From the NCBI GenBank assembly GCA_040143965.1, contig JASJQH010000064.1:1-35382 (forward strand): a stretch of DNA of 35,382 nucleotides. Reading direction: 5' to 3'. Under the pieces are notes generated by a model. That model was not told the origin of the DNA. It worked only from the letters and a program-made list of their open reading frames with translations, and ran no database searches. The DNA comes from Basidiobolus ranarum (taxonomy: Eukaryota). Shown one piece after another: positions 11,709 through 24,600 of this stretch (position 1 is its first letter; each line of letters starts with the position of its first letter). The position numbers and the translations under genes are program-made.

Positions 11709-12684
11709 TCACGCTTCAGGTTTTTTAACGTCCTATCGATGAGAACAAGTGATGTTGATGCTTAGCAGGGTGTATGAGTGCGTAGTGCTGATGAAAAAAG
11801 CTACTTACTCTTAATAGTAAACCAATGCGTCTCGCTTGTGGGACAGGTTCACCTTTGAAAACACGCTTCTCGGGGGTGTTTGGAATCGAATGAGCAAAAT
11901 TATAGCGAATGGTATTTCTTCGCAATATATACAAAATTAGTATAGGACTTTATCATTCCATTATATTGCATTGTACCTTTGGATATACAGTGTTCTTGGG
12001 TTCACAAATACTTCAAAGTGAATATTTGGATCATCCTTATGCTCCATGATAAACATCGTAGGATTCATCAAATTCAGACAAGTGATAACATGTCCAGACG
12101 CCTCCAAATTATCTACGTGGGGGTCTATGCAACCCTCAGCATGTAAATCTAATAGAAAATCAACGTCATATTTAGGAAGAGTTCATACAAGCGAAGGGCG
12201 AAAGTAACATATCTCAACCTAATATATGAGGAGGAAGCCATTGATATTCGTCAGGAAAAATATCTTTAACGCGTTGTAAGATTTCGTTGACCTTTTCCTC
12301 CTCACCACCCCAATGAGTGGCCGTGCATTCACGATATTTGTTTATTACACGGTCGAAATGTCCATCAAGATAGGCAGCTCCGGCAACCCGTTTTAACTTT
12401 TTTTCTGTTTGTTTAATCAAAAATTCATGTTCCTTTTCGGTAATAAATTCGGGGAAAACCAGGAAATCCTCTCTATTGTACTCTTTACTAATAGGCAAAT
12501 TTGAAAAGTCGAAGTATTTCAAGTTTTCGGGAGTATTTTTCAGGGCGAGGTATTTTGAAGCATGTTGACGTGTTGTTGTGCTTGAAGTGAACGTTCTTAA
12601 ATGCGTACTGGTTCGAGAGAAGTTATTCTGTACAGGGAAACTACCCAACTTATTACATAGGCTAGCCCAGCCGCTACGTAGCAT
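11709..12684 (-). CDS. ALKBH7: AlkB-family 2OG-Fe(II) dioxygenase, ALKBH7-like, likely mitochondrial; exons 12684-12219, 12148-11977, 11917-11809, 11732-11709
   Basis: S/T/R-rich N-terminal presequence and GHFDRVINKYRE. HILDLHAEGCIDPHVDN supplies HxD, RYNFAHSI supplies the distal His, and RRIGLLLRD is present. All introns are GT-AG and keep frame. Confidence 0.88.
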
Positions 12685-13052
12685 TTCTCAACTTTTACAC
12701 TAGGTAAAAAACTTCAAAGTCAGTTCCCTAAATATTCAACATTTTATGAATCCAAGTTCTGGATTGCAATATCCAATCAGCATTGCTACCTTGATCATAC
12801 TTTATCCGATTCCTCGCAGTCTAGATCGCATTGCACTCGGAGTTGTATCTAATATGGAGACATCTGATCATCACCAATCGGTACATATAACTTGGAGTTT
12901 GGCTATCAATAGAAGTGCAATTATGCATAGGAGTTATATCAAGTAGACATATTGCTCTGCAAAAAGCTCATGAAAGTCGGACCATTTAATCAGATACTTG
13001 AAACTATAAAGGTATTACTTGCGACAATCATAAACCAAAATCGAGTCAAACC

Positions 13053-14609
13053 ATGAAGTTATTGTTTATGTTCAAGCTGTCTTTGTGGCTTCTATATCCC
13101 TGGAAAGTAAGTGCCCGGATCGAATCGAATCCCAATAGTAGATATCTCGTAAAGCTCAAAGAACTCCCAGATCAACAATGGATACACAATGCTACAGTCA
13201 ACAAAGATATTCACTTTTACTCGATCAGTGAGAGCTTTCACTTTTTGATTGGTGAATATTCTCATAAAGATGTGATGACTTTGAAGAGCAGCCCTTATGT
13301 AGAGTATGTAGAGATTGATAGGCCGATACAACCTTTGGGTTTAGAGAAAAACCCGCCTAGTTGGGTAACTATCGCTGAGATTTGATCCATCCAAGTTTAA
13401 CTAGAATTGACTCTTTCGCTATCTAGGGATTAGATAGACTGGACCAAACATCCCTTCCATTGGACGCCCAATTTAATTATATAGACAATGGTGGTGAGGG
13501 GGTGGACATATACATCGTTGATACGTACGAATACTGAATCCAACATAACCGATTGAAAGTCTTCTTTTTTCAACTAAATTTTGCTATAGGGGAATATTCG
13601 TTGAGCACGAAGAGTTCGAGGGCAGGGCGAAATGGGGAAAAGTTGTTACCAATGAACCTAGTATTGACGCCAATGGTCACGGAACATTTGTTGCAGGTAT
13701 AATAGGCGGGAAGACGTATGGAGTAGCTAAAAAAGCAAACCTGCACGCTGTCAAAGCAAGTGATTTATTTGTTCTATCATGATGGTGGCGCCCATACTAA
13801 CTGAAATTTAGGTTCTTGATGAGTTGGGAGGGGGAATGATAACTAGTGTGATTCTTGGCATGATGTATGTGCAGCAAGAACACCGGAATAAAATTTCCAA
13901 AAAAACTGTTGTCAAGTATTTAATCTCTAGATCCTTTCTATAAGCCACAACTACTAACATATCTTTATATTTGTTAGTTTATCTCTTGGAATGGATTACT
14001 ATCGTATCATGAACGAGGTAATTGAGGAAGTGATCATGTCTGGAATTGTAGTCGTTGTAAGTTTGATTGAGGCGTATATTGGGTACTTTGTATGAATTTT
14101 TAATCAATTCTGTGAATACGTAGGCAGCAGCAGGCAACGGTGACGGATTTGAAGGCCAAGATTCATGCTACGTATCACCTGCTTCAGCTCCAAATGTAAT
14201 TACAGTAGGATCCACGCAAGAAAACGACGAGATTTCTCCATTCTCCAACTACGGGAAATGCGTCACATTATACGCTCCAGGTGAACTGATAACCTCGTCC
14301 TACATAGGCTCAACCACTGCTTTTACCGTACTCTCAGGAACTTCATTCGCTGCTCCACATGTCACTGGAATAGTTGCCCTTATATTGTCCGCTACTTCAA
14401 CGAAGTTGTATCCAGTAGAGATTCGCGAACGAGTTATTAATATGGCCGTTAAAGGAGTATTGTCCACCCTACCAATTGATACTCCGAATTTATTAGCTAA
14501 CAGCCAACTACATGCATACATGGTTACTAGCGAATCATGGAATCTCAATACTGGCCATATGCTTTGGTTATTTTTACTCAGTTTAGGATTGTGGAGACAA
14601 GATATCTAG
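13053..14609 (+). CDS. Secreted subtilisin (S8A, proteinase K-like) with I9-type propeptide, about 414 aa; exons 13053-13364, 13427-13524, 13590-13755, 13812-13915, 13978-14056, 14124-14609
   Basis: Signal-peptide-like N-terminus, VEYVEID propeptide end and SWGLDRLDQ. Catalytic triad motifs are YIVDTG (D), NGHGTFVAG (H) and [12 protein letters not shown] (S); AAGN gives the oxyanion Asn. Confidence 0.93.
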
Positions 14610-14949
14610 ACGTAAATTCTCTCATTATATTTATATTGATTCTCATTGTAAATAAATCTCACCTTTTTAATGGATGTATGCAAGGGTCTCTATCGTTAAG
14701 CCTAAGAATTTAAACAAAGAGAATGTGAGGTGGTTTTGTGCTCATTTAACATAAAATTATGCTCAGTCTTTATTTGAATAGAAAAATTTCCTTATTCGCT
14801 AGTTTGTGAATATTGACAATAGATGATAACCAATCAATGTTACCATAGGGTTCCATTTGTCCAAAACAAAATAAACAGTTACAGTGGCATAACAGTTAAA
14901 ATACAATAACAACTTGGATTATTCCTCAAGTCCACTGTCCTTGTCAACA

Positions 14950-17144
14950 ATGTCGATGGCAACTCCTAGTCGTCCTTCTAATTTGAATCCGAATTACGAA
15001 TCACCTCTTCGTACACCTGTTTCTCGGCATGCTTCTACGCCTCGTTACAATGAGAGTCCTACAAGCACGCCCTTTATCAACCGCTTGAATGAACTTGAGC
15101 TGAAGCATCGTCTTCGAGATGCATATCGAATGCTTAAAGAGAAAAATAGAGGTTGACTTTTGAAAAAGGATATACAAATAACTAAATTTTCATACTAACT
15201 TGTACTGATAATCAATCTCTAGACATTGTTCTCGCCGCTGAAATCGGTCAAAGTCTATTGGAAAGTAACGATAAGCTCAAGTTGGAATACGAACTAGCAA
15301 TGTTAACATTGAAAGAACGTACCTCTTTCGGTGAAGAGGCTTTTGAAAGTTCTGATTCTTCTGCCAAGTGGGAGAGCGAGCGTAATGAATTGTATTCTCA
15401 ACTCTCTGAACTCGAAAGGAGTAACATTGATTTGCAAGAGAAATTAGAGCAAACCTTGCACAAAGCGAGCGATAATGAGAGGGAAAACGAGAAAAAGATG
15501 AAACAATCGGAAGCTCAGTTAGCTGCAGTTTCTAGGGAGTTGGAAAATCAATTACGAAAAAACGAGGAACTCGAGGAAAACAACAAGAGGTTAGCTAATG
15601 AGAAAGGTGAACTTATCAAAGGTAAAAAGAAGTTTGATACTAAAGATGAACAACTGGAGAAAGTACAAATACTTGCTCATGATCTTGAGTGTGTCGTGAA
15701 ATCGCTCTCCGTCAATAAGCAAGAGTTAGAAGCTAAGCTATATGCTGTGATGTCAGAAAATAATGTACTTCAAGAGAAATTAATGCGCTATGAAGAAGAG
15801 ATGGAGGAGTATCACTCAATTCAAGATCAGTATCAGGAACAAAGTAACGAACTCAATGAAGCTACTTATGCTCTGGAAGAAGCTAGAGAAACCATTCAAG
15901 CCTTGGAGAATAGAATCTCTGTTATCGAGCCCGAAAGCCATCAAGGCCCTGATAGAGCTGGAGTAACCCTCTTTGACGAGGTTGAGGATCGTCGCCAAGA
16001 ACTAGAGGACAAGCATCAAAATCTTAGTAAAAAACATGCTGGTCTTCTAAAAGCCCACAATATGACAATTCACCAACAAGAACGTATGAAGAATCATATA
16101 TCCCGTCTTACTCAGCTGTCACATAATCGTTCCAATGAAGAGAAAATGAGACGTTTAGAGCAAGCTTTGGGACAAACTCAGAGTGAGAATAAAATGCTTA
16201 TGAACAGAATTGCCCAGCTAGAGAGATCTCTAGACCTGGATCAATTCGATATTGCAGTTTCCGGCACTCAAAATGGAGGCAATTGTGGGATGTCGCTTGA
16301 CGAAAAAAACGAACTTATCGAATGCCTTCGCCTACGAGTTGATCAACTTGGCGACGAAGCTGAATCCCTTCGTCGCGAAATACGCACTGGTCAAATGCTG
16401 AAACTAAGCCTAGACGAAAAAGTAATGGAACTCGAAGGACTATTACATGAGCGTGAGTACGAACTAGACCATATGCGAACAATCAATGCTCAAGTCAAGT
16501 TCGAACTTGATGAAATAAGGTTAAAACACAAAATCATGAAGGATAAGCACCTTTCTGAAGCTATGGGCGAGGAGGAGGTTGCAGAAATGGATGAGCAAGA
16601 GCCGGAATCTAAGTCTCAACAATCGCAGACCACCCTCAGCCTCGCTTCTGTAAGTTCTATTGAACGCAGTCAGCAAACAGTCCCCGATCTGGAAGAATTG
16701 CGTATTAGCGAGACACCACCGGATACGGAGTCGCAATTCGAAGAAATTGCCGCCATAGAAGACGAAGATGCTGACATGGAGGACGAGGATCAAGAAAGTG
16801 AGCATTGTGATAGCTCCTTTGAGGAAGTGGTTGCTGAGAATGATCTCGATCCACATGTAGACGGATCGGAAGAGGAAACAAGCAATGTTGATGATCAGCA
16901 TTGTCCTCAGTCTGAACCCTCTACTCCTAAAGCTATTGCTAGAGAAAGCAACTTGAGTTTGCAAAATGAGGGATTTTCGGATCAAGAAGAAAATGTTCAT
17001 TTTGTCAAAGCCGATGGTGGAACAAAGATAAAAAGCCCTCATCCTCGCAAACTTGGCTTTGCCGCAAGTAGTCCATCCGCTAAGCCCAAACAATATCATG
17101 TTCGAAACCAACAAGCGAATCCAAATCAGTGCAATCAGCAATAA
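14950..17144 (+). CDS. SPDL1: Spindly-like coiled-coil dynein adaptor, about 707 aa; exons 14950-15151 and 15223-17144
   Basis: CC1-box LAAEIGQSLL (15231-15260), long coiled coil, Spindly motif GVTLFDEVEDRR (15960-15995), and C-terminal CNQQ* resembling the farnesylated CPQQ of human Spindly. Confidence 0.8.
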
Positions 17145-17407
17145 GCATCTTTTAATCTTAAATCCTTCAAAGCCTCGTCAACTCTTATCTCTCCAAATGT
17201 AACATAAATATCTGTCTGTAGACTGCCTTCTTTATCATCATATTTACCAGCTATCACTTGTCTCGACTAATAAAGCTAGGTAACTTGTATAATGAATGGT
17301 TCATATACTTTATTTTATATAGCTTCGGAGGTGTTACTTGTACAATATTACATCCGACAGGCCCTTAAATGGATGTATGACTAAGATAATAACACACACT
17401 TCAATCA

Positions 17408-17916
17408 TCACTGCTGCTGCTGCTTTTTAGAAAAAAGTACAGAGCCATAGCGTAGAGTCATGACCAAGCTATATAACATATTAGAATTAACTTGAAATCA
17501 ACAATAACGATCATATGTCCTCATACCTTAGTAAAGAAACGAACCCAGCAGGCATGTATTTTCCAGTAAGGGAGTATCTATAACCCATGAGCAGTAATAG
17601 AACCATGCTTACTCCTTCGTTGTTAATCTGGGTGATTAGTACAAGTTGAAAAGAAACTTACTAATATTGAATACAAACCAAAGGCAGAGCCAACATCCCG
17701 AGGATTTTGAGATACCCTGGATGCAGCCTGATACATCAGGAATCCAAGACTGAGACCAGAGACAAGAGAAGCATGACTTCCTATATTACAGAAACTTCTT
17801 GAATAACACGGTTGAATCTATAGAGAAGAATAATATTTACCAGCTTGAATGAATCCTGCAATACCGCCGAGAAAGACAGTAGCAGCATAAACATAGCCTA
17901 TTGTATCTTGTGGCAT
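17408..17916 (-). CDS. TMEM14: TMEM14-family small membrane protein, about 108 aa; exons 17916-17841, 17780-17679, 17614-17527, 17468-17408
   Basis: Spliced translation: MPQDTIGYVYAATVFLGGIAGFIQAGSHASLVSGLSLG...LLLLMGYRYSLTGKYMPAGFVSLLSLVMTLRYG...QQQQ*. The GGxxG...GS..SL..G and R...tGKxMPAG signatures are present. It is absent from the ORF track. Confidence 0.88.
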
Positions 17917-18687
17917 TTTCTCTTTAGTTATGGTGAATAATTCAAAGATTACTTGAGCCTCAGCTCATTGAAAAGTGGCCAAATAATTCGCATCTAACCC
18001 CAGACATAGATAAGCAAATTATTAAACAGTAATTAAGATTAGTTGATAATACTAAGCATTTAATCGACCCAATCACTTCATATTTATAGCTCCAGTTGTT
18101 ATGTTAATGTTGCAATCGTAAACTTATTCAAGCTTGGGAGTAGAATTCAAGAATACAGGAATTGGTGATGAGCATGGTTCAACAAGGAATATTACTATTC
18201 GTGTATTTACACTTAGCGGTGGTAAATACACAACTGATTGTTTATACGCCTAAACCTCGAAGCCTTTCTTCTTAAGAAAGTTGATAATTGGCTAACCAAA
18301 TCCAATCAATGACTTTGATGGCTGTTGGAGGACTATGAAATCCTAATACTACCACTGACAGTATCCACAGCATTCAAATTAGTCAACGTGAATATCTTGA
18401 TGTTTATGGCATGTTGCTTGTCGTGTTTGCTTTGAGCAAGCATGTGTAAATAAATAGTTAGCATGGATACTATTTTACGCCGTAGTAAATCAAACTTTGG
18501 CATTATAAATATCTAATAAATTGGAAGACGATCCTGAATGTTGAGAATATAAAAGATTGGTTGTTTATTTTGAAATAACCTTGGCTGTATATATTTTTTT
18601 TCTTGAAGCTTTGGAATACACAGAGAGTTCTACTCTAATTTACACTGAACAGCACCTCTATGATTATTTTGTAGACTTAATAGCTGA

Positions 18688-21600
18688 ATGGAATCCACCG
18701 ACACTGAACTAGTAGCAATACACCAACTCCTCCAACATGTGCAAAAACAAGAGGATGAATCTAAAGAACATGAGTTATTACAGAGAGGCCTCGCTTATCT
18801 ACTCAAGCACCCAAATTGTTGGTGGTGTACTCCTTCTTTAAAGCCTATTACTACTGAGCTGTTGCATTTATTCTCCATTGTTCCCAATCCTCCTATTCAA
18901 AAATTCCGCGATATCATGGCCGAGCAATTAAGCACTTGTAAAATGTGTGTAAACGAGTATCATGATACTAAGCCTCAATTCCATACAAGGTATATTTGCA
19001 TATGTGGACTACTTTGCCTTTCCCACATTTGACTCACATCATGCTGTTTTTAGATATTTAACTAAATATTCTGAAGACACAGTAAATTTATTTTTCAAAT
19101 CACTTGAAGAATGGGATGCTTATCGCATTGCCAAAATGCTAATGTTGGCTAAAGTTGATATGTCTCAACTATCTCCTCTTGAACAGCCAGGCGATAATGT
19201 CAGAGTGGAAAGTATTACTGACCGTGTGATGTGTACACTATTCGAAATATTCAAAGTGCCTATTCATCTAAAACGTAGAGATATCGATGAGGCATTTATT
19301 AGCGTATTTTGTGGAATCATTCAAAGAAAAAAATCCCTCAAATTAGAAACGAAATTACTTCCTGGAGTATTGCTTCTACTCGTACACGAGAGCGATTGGG
19401 CAAGACGATGGGCCCAAAAGACTGTCAACCAAGCCCCTACATCCATCGATTGTATTGATCTTGAGGGATTTCTCCCATACACCAACATTATATTAGCACT
19501 CATAAATGGCAACAATCCCAATACTTTGGAATACAATATAACAGAATTCAGAAGTGAGCATTGGAAAGCACTTCGACTTTTATTATCTTCGCTGACGATC
19601 GATGCTTTTGAACAGTTCTATAACGCAAATGGGGTTGAAATTCGAGATTTGATACTTAGCCAGCTCCCAGTTAGAACAGAATATCTCATTGAAATGCTGC
19701 GAACGTTTTCGGTGCTACTTATACGTCTACAAAATAGGATTTGGAGCCAAATGGCGGGCTTTGAATACGCAAGAGCGCCGATACTTTTGTTCAAAAGTAT
19801 CATGGAAAACCAGGCGTTCATTTCCAACATAGTAGAAAGAATCCAGCACGTTAGCAGATCTAGTAAACAGAATCACTCACAAAACCGGAAACTTATCGAT
19901 ATCTTTTTGGAATGGGTGAATGCCTTCATAGGGTCGTTCAAAGAAACCAAGATCTGGGGTGAACTCTTGGTGGCAATAGTGAATGGTCTTTTCACAAGCT
20001 TTCAAAGCCCTGCATATCCAGACGAATACAGAACTTATTGTAAAGATGTTGCTGTGACTTTGTTGCTTCCATATTGTGATGATGAAGGGTTCCCCATCAC
20101 TAGCCATCTTATCGAAGTTCACGGAAATATCCTGGTGGACTGTTCTATAGGATTGGCTACGCCAGTCCAAGATGTTCAGAAGTATGCTCTTCAAATCCTT
20201 GAACTGACCATCAAGCACGATGTCGAACTACTTTATCAGGCATATCTTTATGCTTGCCAGAATAAGCCTCTTGATCCAAACAGTGGACCTATGAAGCTAT
20301 GCAAACGAATCTGGTCGATTCTTTGTAGTAGAGACCCATCACGGTTACACCAACTGACCCACCAAGCCATTTTCTACTACTTCTCGAGGATCTCATTAAT
20401 CGATCTTTCCGAACTGATCAAGACTCTTCCGAATGTTGCAGTAGATAGTGTTAATCGCTTTGTTGTGGAGGGAGTTCAGTTTATAAGGTCGCTTTCGCAC
20501 CATTATTTAGCTCATTTTTCGGAGAGCAGTGAGTTGTATCTGCAAAGCTTCTTTCAAAGTGATGGTGTTCCCAGTGCTCTTACACGGTTTTTGATTTCCT
20601 GTGATCCCGAACTAAGATCGACCGGATATGTCATGGTAGGTGTTGCCTTGAACGCAGACAGTAAAGTTGCTTCCATACGCGCACTTTTTGCATTGCAGCC
20701 CGATAGTTGCTTATCCTCCATTATTGAGGTTTTGGAGGAGTTCTCCATCCTTACTCGTAGTGGATGTAATACTTACAGCTATGCACATGACCTCTTCGAC
20801 CTCCTTCATGAAATCGTATCAGCCGCGTGCGAGGAACAAGGTGGTCCATTGGATGCTGAATCCTTGGCTTCCAGTGCTTTTGGTGAGATAATGGTTAAGC
20901 TTTGGAATTGCTGTTGGGATGCTATCAAAGTTGCCTTTAAATGGGGCTTAAATTGGGCAGAAAAGTATCGTAAAGATGACGTTATTGGGACTATAGGTGC
21001 TGTTTTCGATGCAACCATGGCTATATTAAGGTTCCACGATCGATACGAAGGCGTTGCACTTCACGAAGGATCTGCTTTGACCGCGAAGCCGCTTAAAGCA
21101 TCACTGCCTTCTTTGATCAAATGGTTTTTTGTTACTAATGATCGACTTCGAGAATTGACCCTCAACCTTGTATTGAATATTCTTGATCGTACACGGCAGA
21201 AAGGTGCTACCTTGGATCCGTCTTTGCAGAGTAAACTGGAAGGAATTGCCATGAACCTGGTGGGTTTTCAGTCTTCACTCACCGAAGATCAGAGAACCAA
21301 CTTATTCATTGCTATATCTGGCTATCAAGGACGCGACAACAAACAAAAGGCGATTGCAGTGGATCATCAATCTGACAACGTTATCAGCATCCCTACTTCT
21401 GAAGATGAGCGTATGGAGATCAAGGATGATGATCCGAATGAAGGAACTGAGATTGCTCAAGAGAATGCACACGATAACTCGGTACAAGCGATCACTGACG
21501 ATGAATATATAGACTTGACAAGGGACAATGATGATTTTGGCGATCTCCCTGACGACGCTTTTGATACTCTTTGGCATACATTCGATGAATCCAACACTGT

Positions 21601-24600
21601 TACTATTAAAATATCTAGTGATGCTGCTAAACGTAAGCCATCCAGCTCGTCGGCTGCCACACCTGCCTCTGCACCTAGTAGTAAGCAGCTTTATTCCACC
21701 CTTAATAAGAAGAGCGCAAAGCCGGCGTCTAAATCGGCTCCGCAGAGAAAGTCAAATTCAATGCTAAAACAGATGCGTTCTGAATTTAAGAAAGATCGTT
21801 CTGCGATAGCCGCAGCCAATGCCAAGAAGCCCAATTCTACAGTCAAAAAACCGACGCTTCCTGCAGTCAAACGTGGCCCTGCCATGTCGAATATACCTCC
21901 TGCTGATACAGGCCACCAGCGCACTGCACACAAGGCTGAAAATCTCAAGCCCGTAAGATCAGAGAAAGAAAGCGACACTGATTCCTCGGATGAGTCGGAC
22001 TCCGGTGGTGGTCTTGCTGATATAGCAGGAGACTATCAAAAGCCTCCTGAAATCAGAAAAGCTCAACCTCGACGTGGTATCCAATTAATTGATCTGCCTA
22101 ACATTCGAGCACATCCCTTGGAGCTGCGAAGAGCTCGTATGGCTTCTGAAAATCAAACAAAAGCACGACTTACTCCGGATTTATCACACTTACACAAATT
22201 CATCTTTGGCTGGAAGTATACTGATACTGGGGACCTGCCAACAAATATCACCCTAGCTGATGTTAAAGCTGTCCCTAAGACATTTGAGTCCTCAGATGAG
22301 TACACCGAAGTTTTCGAGCCCTTGCTTTTATTGGAGTGTTGGCAGCAACTTGTACGAGCCAAGGAGGAGACAAACGATTCGGAAGCAGTTGAATGCACGG
22401 TAGTTAATCGTATTATGGTCGATGGATTTCACGACATTACATTCTCTCTTCTCTCATCCGATGCGCAAGGAATTAACGACAATGATCTTGTTCATATTTT
22501 TCGTCAAAAACCTAGCGGTATTGGTGGCGCTAAAGTTACTGACAAGTCGTTTCTTTGCAAAGTTCAAACCAGCAATACTGGGCGTGATATGACCCAAATT
22601 ACCGTTCGATCAGCTTTTGGTCAAGGAAGCGCCGAAACTCTGCTAGCGATCAACCCCAAAACATCATGGAAAGCTCTGAAATTATTTAGGTTAGTTTGTA
22701 GTCTTAAACCATTGACCGCTCGCTTTATTTACATATTGACTCGATAACAGCTTGACAACAATTCATCGTGAATACTCCGCGCTGCAGAGTATAGGCTATT
22801 ACAATTTGTGTGATGATATCCTACACGCTAACAGCAGTACTCCCCCTCCTTTGGATGAAGATTCCATCGACAAATGTATGAAAACGTATCTTGTTAATCA
22901 GCCGCAAGCTGAGGCTATTCTTCATGTTCTTCGACGAGACGAGGGCTTTAGTCTGATTCAAGGGTTTGTTGATTTTTTTGATCTTTATATCGCTATTTTA
23001 TTAAGTTTAGACATCTTTCTTTTGAATTCATGAAATAGTCCACCGGGAACAGGTAACATCACATCTTAACTATTCACTGGTAAATCATCTCTCTTAATTG
23101 TGTTGCTTTCATAGGAAAAACGAAAACCATTTTAGGTCTTATTGGCGCTGTCTTGTCATCGAGTAATCAAGACAAGATGGAAACACACAGAACTGAGGAG
23201 CCACTTGTTTCCAAAAAAATTCTGGTTTGTGCACCTAGTAATGCTGCAGTCGATGAATTGGTAAAACGGTTGAAAGATGGAATTCGTGATTCAAGTGGAG
23301 CCGCCTTTAAGCCCAAGGTTGTTCGTATTGGTATCTTTGATAGTATAAATTCTAGTGCCAAGGAAATGTCACTGGAGTATCAAGTGGAAAAAGAAATGAA
23401 TTCCCCTGATTCAGAATACAGCAAATCTAAAAAAGAGCTTAACAATGCGAGTGGCCACGCAAGTACACTCAAAGAAGAGATGAAAGGAATTCTGAAAGAA
23501 CGAGATGAACTTAGAGATATGATATCTAGATCGACCGACCCCTTCGCCGTTGCTGATATGGAAGCCAAAGTCAAACAGCTAAATTCCAAACGTTGGAACC
23601 TGGCTAAACAACTGGATGGTGAAAACGACAAAAAGAGCACCAGTTATAGAGCATTGGACATAGCCAAGAGAAAAATTCGCACCAAAATTCTAACTGAAGC
23701 TGACATCGTTTGCTCGACTCTCAGTGGTAGTGGTCACGAACAACTAACAAGTCTAGCTGTTGATTTCGAGACTGTTATTATTGATGAGGCAGCTCAATCT
23801 ATTGAATTGAGTTCGCTGATTCCTCTCAAATATGGTTGTAAACGGTGTGTTTTGGTTGGAGGTTAGTTTTTTGGTATTTATTTCATGCTACTACCGTTTC
23901 TTAAATATCTCTGTAAATAGATCCCAATCAGCTTCCGCCCACCGTGCTCTCTCAAGTAGCAGCCTCATATAGCTATGAACAGAGTTTATTTGTCAGAATA
24001 CAAAACCACTGCCCCAATGCTGTTCATCTTTTAAGGTTATTGTCTAACTCGACTGTATCTCTTGATCCCATCACTAACTTTAATCAAAAACAGTATCCAA
24101 TATCGAATGCACCCCGAGATCAGTGCCTTTCCCAGTAAACTGTTCTATGACTCTAAACTTCGAGATGGACCCAATCTTGCTCAGATCAAGACACAGAAAT
24201 GGCACCAAAATAGCAACTTCTCCCCTTACAATTTCTTCAATGTGCATTCGGGCAGAGAGGAGGTTGGTCGCGGTAAATCTCTATTCAATACCAAGGAGGC
24301 TGAGGTTGCTGTAGCTTTAGTGCATCACCTTTGCAAAGCTTTTCCTACCATAAATGTAAGGATATTCATGCTCGATAATCATTAGAGATGTTCAATCTTA
24401 CTCACTTTAATCCAGTTCTCCAACCGTATTGGTATAATTACTCCTTACAAACAGCAACTGAGAGAGCTAAGACGAAGGTTCGAGTCTGCGTTCGGCCAAA
24501 CAGTAACTCAATTGATCGATTTCAACACTGTTGTAAGTATTGGACGTTGGAATTTGCGGCATGGTTACATACTTAGTTTTTAAATGGAATAGGATGGATT

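Noticed and set aside
16521-17141. 206-aa hydrophobic antisense ORF
   Set aside because: It is the shadow of the Glu/Lys-rich Spindly-like coding strand and has no recognisable motif.
19321-23640. Numerous short antisense and alternate-frame ORFs within SEN1
   Set aside because: These are expected shadows of long coding exons, with no independent motifs.
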